Source: Opitutaceae bacterium (GTDB lineage: Bacteria > Verrucomicrobiota > Verrucomicrobiia > Opitutales > Opitutaceae). Taken from it: a DNA stretch of 27,049 nt. The stretch lies in NCBI GenBank assembly GCA_041689555.1, contig JBDNFZ010000393.1, forward strand, positions 1 through 27,049. The letters run 5' to 3'. The translations under genes and the position numbers were made by a program. The stretch's first letter is position 1; each line of letters begins with the position of its first letter. This document shows positions 9,210 through 16,419 of this stretch, in pieces. The notes beneath the pieces were generated by a model. That model searched no databases and had not been told where the DNA came from. It saw nothing but the letters and a program-made list of their open reading frames with translations.

Positions 9210-11330
9210 ATGCGTCGCCTATCCCTCGTATTTTTTCTCGCCGCCGCGCTCGCGTCCGCGCTTTCGGCCCAGCCGATAGACCGCCGTGCCCTCGTCACCC
9301 GTCACAACCCCACCATCACCCGGGTGGATCCGTGGGCCCCCGTTTCGGTCGGCAACGGCCGCTTCGCCTTCACCGCCGATGTCACCGGCCTCCAGACCTT
9401 CGCCGACCATTACCAGACCAACGGCATCCCGCTGAATACCCTCGCGCGCTGGGCCTGGCACGAGGCGCCCAATCCCGAGGGCTTCAAACTCGCCGATACC
9501 TACAAGCCCTACGACCAGCACGGCCGCACGATCGACTTTGCCGTCGAGACCGAAACTCCCGCCGGACGCTACCTGCGGTCCTCGCGGCGCGTGCTGCCGC
9601 TCGCGCAGCTCGCGCTCGACTTCACCCGCGCCACCGGCACGCCCCTCCAGCCCGACGATATCCGCGCGATCAGCCAGTCCCTCGATCTTTGGTCCGGCAC
9701 CGTCACCAGCCGATTCACTCTCGTCGGGCTTCCCGTTACCGTGACGACCGCGTGCGATCCCGCCACCGATACCCTCTCGGTGCGCGTGAATTCACCGCAC
9801 GTCACCGCGGGCAAACTCGGGGTCCGCCTCACCTTCCCCCGCGGATTTAACGCCGCCACCGCCGAGAATCCCGCCCTCGACTGGACCCAGCCCGAAACCC
9901 ACCGCACCACCGTGACGGGCCAGACCGATCGCTCGATCGTTCTCGTCCGCACCCGCGATACCGCACGCTACCACGCCGCGCTGGCCACGACCGGACCGGC
10001 CCGTTTCACGCCCACCGGGCCCCATGGGTTCGTCGTCCGCGCCGCGTCGGGCGATACCCTCGAGTTCACCCTCGCCTTCGGGGCCGAGGCCACTTCCCAG
10101 ATACCCGCCCCGGCCGCGGTGCGGATTGCGAGCGCGACCCAGTGGGGGAAATTCTGGTCGACGGGCGGAGCCGTGGACTTCACGGGCAGCACCGATCCCC
10201 GCGCCGCCGAGCTCGAGCGCCGCGTCGTGCTTTCCCAATACCTCACCGCCCTCCAAAACGGCGGCGACCTTCCCCCGTCCTCCGGCGGTCTCACCGTCGT
10301 CACCGCCGACGGGAAACATGCCTCCGAGCAACTCTGGTGCCTGCAGGCGCACCTTGCGCTCTGGGGTCGCGACGAGGCGCTCGCCCGGTCGCTCGCTTAG
10401 TATCAAAGCCAACTCCCCGCCGCCCGCGCCCTTGGCGCCGAGCGCGGTCGCCGCGGAGCCCGCTGGCCGGCTCTCGTCGGCCCGGACGGACGCGAAACCC
10501 CCGGGCGTCACACCCTCGTCATCTCGAACCAGCCGCATATCGTCCAGCTGGCCGAGCTGCTCTACCGCAATTCCCCGACCACCGCCACGCTCGAGCGTTA
10601 CCGCGAGCTCGTGCAGGAAACCGCCGAGGGCATGGCCTCCATGCTCTTTTGGGATAAAACCCGCTCGGTCTATGGCCTCGGGCCGCCCGTGGCCGTCAAC
10701 TCCGGTGACTTCGATCCCGCAACCGGCGCGAATCCCACCTACGAACTCGCCCTTTGGTCGCGCGGTCTCGAAATCGCGCAGGAATGGCGGGACCGGCTCG
10801 GCCTCGCCCGCGAAGGCGCCTGGGAAAAGATGCGCAACGCGCTCGCGCCACTGCCTCAAAAGGACGGGCGATATGTCACCCTCGAGACCAAGCCCGACAC
10901 CTGGGACCATCCCGCCAGCCGCCGAGGGTGCCCTTCTTTTCTCATGGCCTTCGGACGACTGCCCGGAACCGGCGTGGATCGCGCGATCATGCGCCGCACC
11001 CTCGATGCGACCCTGGCGAACTGGGATTGGGCGACGCGCACCAACGGGCGCGATTACCCGATCATCGCGATGACGGCGGCGCGGCTCGGCGCACCCAAGC
11101 TGGCCCTCGATATCTTCTTTAAGTCCTACGCCAACAACACCTATCACACCAGCGGGCACAACCCGCAGGCCGGCGGTTCCCCGGTCCATCTCGCCGCCAA
11201 CGGGGCGCTCCTTTCCGCCCTCGCCATGATGGCCGGCGGCTGGGACGACTCGCCCCCGGGCACCGCTCCCGGGTTTCCCCGCGACGGCTCGTGGACGGTC
11301 CGCGCCGAGGGTCTCAGCCGACTGCCGTAG
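9210..11330 (+). pseudogene. Secreted six-hairpin glycosidase homologue (GH65/GH95-like annotation class) interrupted by one in-frame TAG at 10398-10400
   Basis: Signal peptide MRRLSLVFFLAAALASALSA and 'IDRRALVTRHNP...SVGNGRFAFTADVTGLQTF'. ORFs 9084..10400 and 10611..11330 are in the same frame, and the sequence after the TAG reads on without a frameshift (RSLA*YQSQLPAARA...ARWP...QPH...LAELLYR...LVQETAEGMAS). Confidence 0.8.
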
Positions 11331-11414
11331 GCGGGACGTTGCATGTAACGCGGGCAACGGGCCGCGCGCCCGAAGCTCAAGACATCTCTCAATACCAGCG
11401 GCCCTTGATTTTTA

Positions 11415-11540
11415 GACTTCAGGAGAACGAAGGTAGAACCGGGACCTCCGGGCCCGGTTCAAGGGGAGCATCCGCCAAAACCCGCCGGGCCCGGAGGTCC
11501 CGAGGCTACCCGGGAAAGTCTGATTCTCACCGGACGTTGG
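11415..11540. repeat. Composite REPIN-like element, copy B1
   Basis: GAACGAAG-GTAG-AACCGGGACCTCCGGGCCCGGTT...CCGGGCCCGGAGGTCCCGAGG-CTAC plus the tail CCGGGAAAGTCTGATTCTCACCGGACGTTGG. Homologous to 14522-14769. Confidence 0.7.
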
Positions 11541-11568
11541 GCTAACGCCACCGCAGCGCACGCGGCCA

Positions 11569-11883
11569 TCACTCCAGATGGAAAACTTCTCCTAGATCCC
11601 GCGCCGCCGGGCTGTTGTCCGCGTTGCTCGGCATGACGGCGCGCATGTGGACCCACCAGCGCCGGCACACCTCGGTCCGCGCAATGGCGGCCCATCGCGC
11701 CTCGTCCTCGATCTCGGCATAGCCGAAGAGCTGCCGCGTCCCCGGGTGCAGGAAAATCGAGTAGTTGTGCACGCCATGGGCTTTGAGCACAGCCTCCAAT
11801 TCGGGCCAGATCGGCTGATGGCGATGGCGATACTCCGGCTCGGAACCGGCGTTTACCGACATGACGAAAGCTTTGCGGGTCAT
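11569..11883 (-). CDS. rhaM: L-rhamnose mutarotase
   Basis: 'RKAFVM...[13 protein letters not shown]...[10 protein letters not shown]...LFGYAEIE...RRWWVHM...DLGEVFHLE', 104 aa, typical of RhaM/YiiL. Confidence 0.92.
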   Translation of the reverse strand: MTRKAFVMSVNAGSEPEYRHRHQPIWPELEAVLKAHGVHNYSIFLHPGTRQLFGYAEIEDEARWAAIARTEVCRRWWVHMRAVMPSNADNSPAARDLGEVFHLE

Positions 11884-11905
11884 CGGGGAAAAAGCGGGGC
11901 TCGGC

Positions 11906-13717
11906 TCACGATTTTGCCGGCGCGGGTGTCGCCGCCTTGGTCTTGGGCGTGGCGACGGTGCCCGGTGGCAGCGTCGCCTTCAAATCGGCGAACCGCGTCT
12001 GCGCCGGCCCGGCCGGGGCATAGCGCAGACCGTGCTCGATGAGATCCGCGGCGCCCTGAAATTCCCCGGTGTTGATGCAGAGCTGGGCGGCGAGATACAC
12101 GAGCTTGAGACGCTTCGGATTCAGGTCCACGCCCTCGAAAAGCATGCCCAAGACATCCGGTTTTGGTTTGTCCAAGCTCCGCGCGTAAGTGTCGCCGATG
12201 AGTTCGTAAAGCTCCGGCATCGGCGGCGGCTGCAGGCGCGCGATGAAAAGCGGCGCGACGATCCCGGCCGTCTGCGCCGGGGAGAACTTTCCCTCGGGCG
12301 CGCCGGGCGCCGCCAGCGCGGCTTCCGAGCGCAGGCGCGCCAGCTCCAGATACGCCAGCGGCCGGACGACTTTGGCGGCTGTGGCGGCTTCGAGGAATTT
12401 TTTTGCGCGGTCGGCGTTGCCCGCCTCGCGCTCGTAGAGGCCGAGGGCCGCCAACAGGCGCGGGTCGCGCTCGCCGCGCGTGTAGGGCGTGATCAGCGCC
12501 GCGCGCGCCGGGTCCGCGTGCCCGGCGAGCAGGAGCGCCTCGCCCTTGATCCGGCCCACCTCGGATTCGGTGGCGTCGCGCAGCACGAGCGGTCCGCCCG
12601 CACTCAGGCCCTCGCCTTTTTTTGAGCTCCAGCCGAGGGATTTGTAATTCGTGAACTCGATATAGCCGCGCACTTCCAGCAGCATGTCTTTGTAACCGAT
12701 GCCGAAGCAGTCCTTGAACATCGGCTCGATGACCGGCTCCCTGGCCGACCGCGTGATGAAGGCCACGAAACCCTTCTGATAACGCTGCCCGGTCTGATAG
12801 AGGCACATGTGGACAAATGCGGTGGCCTGCTTCGACCACTTGCTGCCGATGGAATTGCGCGCGACGGCGGAGTCGTGGGTGACGGCAAACATCTCCGCGA
12901 GCGGCATCAGCCCGGAGCGAGCGAGCGCGGCGTTGAAACCGCGGTCCTCGGCGGCGGCGGTGAGCGCGACGGCCGTGGGGTCATCGGCCGAGCCGAGCGC
13001 GTTGAGGGTCGCCGCGTTGGCCTGGCTGATGGAGACGGTGTTGGGGTCTTCGAGCTTGCCGAATTCGATCAGGGTGGGGCTCACCTGCATGTCCATGAGC
13101 AACTGCGTGAGCCCTTCCTCAAGCCACGCCGCCATCCGCGGTGTGGAGCGGACGAGCAACGAGCGGACGTATTCTCGGTAGAGCTGCTTGTAGGAATCGA
13201 CCTCGATGGCACCGTTGTTCTCGACGCCGTTGAGGCCGATATCGAGCCCCGTCAGGTTGAGCTCTTTCGTCTGCAGATCGACCACGATGGTCGCGCGTTC
13301 GGGGTTGCGGAGAAAGAGACTGGCCATGCCCTGCTGCGGGCCGGCGTCGGCGTTTTTGGGGACAAACGCACCGAACTTCCCGCCCCTGCCGCAAAGGATG
13401 ATCGTGACCGGCGTCGGGCTACGGCCGATGAGCGCGGGCCACACGATGCCAACGGCCTGGTTGAAAAGATCAAAATCCCTGAGGAGCCCCTTCGTCGCGC
13501 GATCGCTGGCGTTGGAAATGATCTCGAAGCCCGGGATCTCGGTATGGCGCCACGCCTCGGGCGGCGGCAGGTCGCGTGCATCGGTGACCGTATAGACCGG
13601 AAGCGTGACCACCGCATCACCCGTGACCGCGGCGATGTCCACCGCGTAGAGCGACGGGAGGAAGGAGGCGAGCGTCAGCCCGAGCGTAAACCGGCGAAAA
13701 AGCATCGGAGCATTCAT
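11906..13717 (-). CDS. Secreted hypothetical protein: degenerate gluzincin-like (peptidase MA/DUF1570-like) domain plus helical TPR-like C-terminus
   Basis: Signal peptide from ATG 13717 (or 13705): [25 protein letters not shown]. It contains '[10 protein letters not shown]...AAWLEEGL' and an alanine-rich helical-repeat C-terminal third. The track's 5' extension overlaps the tRNA and is spurious. Confidence 0.75.
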   Translation of the reverse strand: MNAPMLFRRFTLGLTLASFLPSLYAVDIAAVTGDAVVTLPVYTVTDARDLPPPEAWRHTEIPGFEIISNASDRATKGLLRDFDLFNQAVGIVWPALIGRSPTPVTIILCGRGGKFGAFVPKNADAGPQQGMASLFLRNPERATIVVDLQTKELNLTGLDIGLNGVENNGAIEVDSYKQLYREYVRSLLVRSTPRMAAWLEEGLTQLLMDMQVSPTLIEFGKLEDPNTVSISQANAATLNALGSADDPTAVALTAAAEDRGFNAALARSGLMPLAEMFAVTHDSAVARNSIGSKWSKQATAFVHMCLYQTGQRYQKGFVAFITRSAREPVIEPMFKDCFGIGYKDMLLEVRGYIEFTNYKSLGWSSKKGEGLSAGGPLVLRDATESEVGRIKGEALLLAGHADPARAALITPYTRGERDPRLLAALGLYEREAGNADRAKKFLEAATAAKVVRPLAYLELARLRSEAALAAPGAPEGKFSPAQTAGIVAPLFIARLQPPPMPELYELIGDTYARSLDKPKPDVLGMLFEGVDLNPKRLKLVYLAAQLCINTGEFQGAADLIEHGLRYAPAGPAQTRFADLKATLPPGTVATPKTKAATPAPAKS

Positions 13718-13866
13718 AAACGTGTGGTCCTGAATTGTGGCGGCCAAAACCGGGGGGGCGCAGGAGTAAGGACAGGCCCTCCATGCCAAGGCAAGAGTGC
13801 CTTCATGCGGGGATTTCCCCTCTTGCCTCGCCCCGCCGCGCCCCGGCAATCTCCGAGCGCAATCGC

Positions 13867-13950
13867 GCTCGGGTGGTGGAATGGCAGACACGAAGGTCTT
13901 AGAAGCCTTTGCCGTAAGGTGTGCAGGTTCGAGTCCTGTCCCGAGCACCA
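13867..13950 (+). tRNA. tRNA-Leu (anticodon TAG), CCA encoded
   Basis: Acceptor GCTCGGG/CCCGAGC, D-arm GTGGAATGGCAGACAC, anticodon arm AAGGT-CTTAGAA-GCCTT, long variable arm, T-arm GCAGG-TTCGAGT-CCTGT, discriminator A, CCA at 13948-13950. Confidence 0.96.
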
Positions 13951-14013
13951 GATTTGCCTTCGACTGACGCTCGTCTCCTTGCCCTGCGCCGCGAAATCCT
14001 GATTCTCAACCCC

Positions 14014-14445
14014 ATGCCTCGACCCACCCTCGCCCTTGTTCTCTTCCTCGCGATCGCCGCCCTCGCCGCTCGCGCCGAAACCGTCACCCTCACCAAGTCC
14101 GCCATGCTCAAAGCCGAGCGCAGCATCGTCTCGCTCAAAGCCGGCACCGTCGTCGAGTTGCTCGCCCGCGATGATCAAAATCTTACGGTTCGTTTCAACG
14201 AAGTAACCGGCAAGATTCCGGTCGCCAGCATCGTCGGAACACCCGCGGCTGCAAAGCCAGAGCCCAAGAAAACCGAGGCCAAGAAACCCGAAGCCAAGAA
14301 ACCGGAGGCCGCGAAGCCCGCCCCGCCCTCGACCCCGCGCACGGCTGAATCCACCTACGGCAAGGCCGTCGAGAAAGCCCGGCAAAACGCCGACAAGCAT
14401 GAGAAGAGCCTCGTGAAACCCACCGACGAGATCCTCGGAAAGTAG
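14014..14445 (+). CDS. Small secreted protein, possible SH3-like beta domain plus Lys/Pro/Ala-rich linker
   Basis: Signal peptide MPRPTLALVLFLAIAALAARA, 'VSLKAGTVVELLARDDQNLTVRF', and (KK[P/T]EA)x3 repeats. ATG at 14014. Confidence 0.7.
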   Translation: MPRPTLALVLFLAIAALAARAETVTLTKSAMLKAERSIVSLKAGTVVELLARDDQNLTVRFNEVTGKIPVASIVGTPAAAKPEPKKTEAKKPEAKKPEAAKPAPPSTPRTAESTYGKAVEKARQNADKHEKSLVKPTDEILGK

Positions 14446-14521
14446 CTCCGCCGACCCGTCCCCGCGCGCAGTCAAAAAAACAGCAAAGCTTCAGTCTCAT
14501 CCCTTGGACACTTGCTTCGCG

Positions 14522-14769
14522 GACCTTCGGGGAACGAAGGTAGCACCGGGCTCCGGGCCTGGTTCAAGCAACCCTCCGGCAAAACGGTAGTGGGTCAGCT
14601 TGATTGTTGATCGAAGGCGGAAGCGGCTTTACGCCGCGATTCCGGCGGGCTCCTGCAAACCTCGCGGCATAAAGCCGCCCCCTCAGCGCAAACCGGCCCA
14701 CGACCGGAAAAACCGGTCGGGCCCGTTCCCGAGCCTTCCCGACAAACTCTTATTTTCACCGACCGTTGG
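14522..14769. repeat. Composite REPIN-like element, copy B2, with a nested REP-like doublet at 14623-14678
   Basis: Left arm GAACGAAGGTAGCACCGGGCTCCGGGCCTGGTTCAAG. Right 42 nt match B1 at 33 of 42 positions, ungapped. Internal GCGGCTTTACGCCGCGA...TCGCGGCATAAAGCCGC hairpin. Confidence 0.7.
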
Positions 14770-14772
14770 CAA

Positions 14773-15693
14773 TCAGGGTGCCACGCCGAGCCGGTCGCCC
14801 ATCTTGGCGTAGGTCTCGATGTGCTGCGCGCTTTGGGCCGCGATGTCGGCGTCGAACCGGATGCGCCCCGCCTGAAAGAGCGTGATCACGCACGAGCCGC
14901 CGAAAGCGAAGAGCCCCTTCTCGTCCCCCTTGGCGTAGTCGCGGCCGAGAATCATGCTCTGCACAATGCTGCCGACATTGGTCGCGCCCACCTCGAGCAT
15001 CGCCACCGTGCCGAAGCCCGGCGCGACGATCTCCGTGAGCTCACGCTTGTTCTCCACGAGGTAACCGAGATTGCGACGGAGGGCGACCGGGTTGACCGAG
15101 TAAAGCCAGCCGTTGATCGGCTTCGCCTCGTTCGGGGTGCCGCCCACGGGAAAGTGAAACCGGTGGTAATCCACGGGGCAGAGCCGGGAGACGAGCATCG
15201 CCCCGCCGGCATATTTGCGCGCCAGCGCGCGTTGATCTTCCGGCAACCCCGCCTCACCGAGCAACTCGGCCAGCGTGAACGTGACGCCTTTGACGTAAAA
15301 TCCGTCGGTGGACCCGACGTTTTGAAACGCGAGATGGCGCCCGTCGGCGGGGAAGACCGCGACCTTTTCGCCCGGCGCGATGGGCCGAGCCTCCGTTTTA
15401 AGCGCCCGGTAGAAAAATTCGTTGAACGTCTTGAAGTCGAAGGGCGACTTCACGAACTCGTCCACATCGAGCCCGTATTTCGCGATGAACGGCAGGATTT
15501 CCAGCGCGCTGTCGCGCTTCGTCATCTTCCGCCCATACCACTGCGAAAACCACGCGCGTTTCGCCAAGGCCCACACGAAAAAACGCCCGACCGGATTTCC
15601 ATAGGCGAAACGCAGCCAGCCCTCGCCGTAGATCTGCTCGGTCTTCAGCTCACGGGCATAGCGGTCGTAGTAACGGATGGGTTCGGCGGACAT
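14773..15693 (-). CDS. psd: Phosphatidylserine decarboxylase proenzyme
   Basis: 'FNEFFYRALK', 'PADGR', 'RLCPVDYHRFHFP', 'EVGATNVGSI', self-cleavage motif 'FAFGGSCVI'. Confidence 0.92.
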   Translation of the reverse strand: MSAEPIRYYDRYARELKTEQIYGEGWLRFAYGNPVGRFFVWALAKRAWFSQWYGRKMTKRDSALEILPFIAKYGLDVDEFVKSPFDFKTFNEFFYRALKTEARPIAPGEKVAVFPADGRHLAFQNVGSTDGFYVKGVTFTLAELLGEAGLPEDQRALARKYAGGAMLVSRLCPVDYHRFHFPVGGTPNEAKPINGWLYSVNPVALRRNLGYLVENKRELTEIVAPGFGTVAMLEVGATNVGSIVQSMILGRDYAKGDEKGLFAFGGSCVITLFQAGRIRFDADIAAQSAQHIETYAKMGDRLGVAP

Positions 15694-15762
15694 GCGTGGG
15701 CAGGCTCAAGCATAGGCGCACGCGCGCAAAGGAGAAAAGCGGCGGGCCGGGATTGATGCGGT

Positions 15763-15823
15763 GTAGCCGGGGTCGCCGACCCCGGTTTGCCTTGCCCGGA
15801 CCGGGGTCAACGACCCCGGCTAC
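15763..15823. repeat. REP doublet (family 'A') downstream of RAYT
   Basis: GTAG-CCGGGGTCGCCGACCCCGG (15763-15785), 15-nt spacer, CCGGGGTCAACGACCCCGG-CTAC (15801-15823). Confidence 0.92.
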
Positions 15824-15835
15824 ATTTTCGACCCG

Positions 15836-16330
15836 TTACGCGAAGTCCACCGAGACGGAGTAGGGCCAATCTTCCGCACGCGCAACCAACCCGGCCCGAA
15901 CCGGATTCTCGCGCACATACGCCCATTTCTCGGCCCGCGACTCCGTCGACCGCAGCACGTGATCGAAAAACTCCGCTTGCCACAGCTTTCGGGGGCCATT
16001 GCCAGCCGGCAAAATCCGTTTGGCCGTCCATTCTTTCCACTTCCCTACCGCGACGGAAAGCGGCTTGCGCAAACCGAGGACCGGTGTGACGAAAAAATGC
16101 ACATGATCGGGCATCACGACACAACTGCCGACCGCCCATCCTTGGCGTTCCCGCAGACCCGACCATTCTTCATGCAAAATGAGACGAGCGGATTCGTTCG
16201 CCAAAACCGGGCGGCGATCCACGACACACGCGGTGATGAAGTAAATCGGCTGCCGTTCCCACGTCTGATGCAATCGCCGGAGATGCCGCAATTCGCCCAC
16301 AACGCGAACGTGCGCGTCTCTGCGTCGCAT
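15836..16330 (-). mobile_element. REP-associated tyrosine transposase (RAYT, Y1 HUH superfamily)
   Basis: 'YFITAC', HUH 'VMPDHVH', 'WQAEFFDHVLR', catalytic 'YVRENPVRAGL...DWPYS'. Flanked on both sides by GTAG REP doublets. ATG at 16330 preferred because the track's 16390 start lies within the REP. Confidence 0.92.
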
Positions 16331-16360
16331 CGGCAAGCCGATTGTAGAGCAACATTCACT

Positions 16361-16417
16361 GTAGCCGGGGTCGCCGACCCCGGAACTCACCCGACCGGGG
16401 TCAACGACCCCGGCTAC
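16361..16417. repeat. REP doublet (family 'A') upstream of RAYT
   Basis: GTAG-CCGGGGTCGCCGACCCCGG (16361-16383), 11-nt spacer, CCGGGGTCAACGACCCCGG-CTAC (16395-16417). REPs identical to the left doublet. Confidence 0.92.
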
Positions 16418-16419
16418 AA

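Noticed and set aside
11415-11540. Element B1 as a group II intron domain V/VI remnant or RNase P RNA fragment (GGAAAGTC)
   Set aside because: Only short coincidental motifs match. There is no catalytic triad helix or P4 context, and the GTAG/CTAC REP-doublet reading explains the structure better.
11415-11543. Elements B1/B2 as integron attC sites
   Set aside because: GCCCAAC and GTT ends with a bulged stem are present, but the spacers are shorter than canonical attC, the bulged base is atypical, the neighbours (rhaM, psd) are housekeeping genes, and no integrase or cassette array is present.
13718-13948. 5' extensions given by the ORF track for 11906..13948, and similarly 13921.., 4331.., 630.., 9084.., ..25084, ..16390
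   Set aside because: They overlap the tRNA, REPs, terminators or neighbouring genes. Downstream ATGs give proper signal peptides or family N-termini.
13867-13950. tRNA with 'TAG' anticodon as an amber suppressor for the TAG at 10398
   Set aside because: Anticodon UAG reads the Leu codon CUA. An amber suppressor would need anticodon CUA.
13867-14769. Genomic island integrated at tRNA-Leu
   Set aside because: No integrase, no duplicated tRNA 3' end downstream, and no compositional shift.
15763-16417. CRISPR array
   Set aside because: The repeats are inverted doublets flanking a transposase, not regularly spaced direct repeats with unique spacers, and there are no cas genes.
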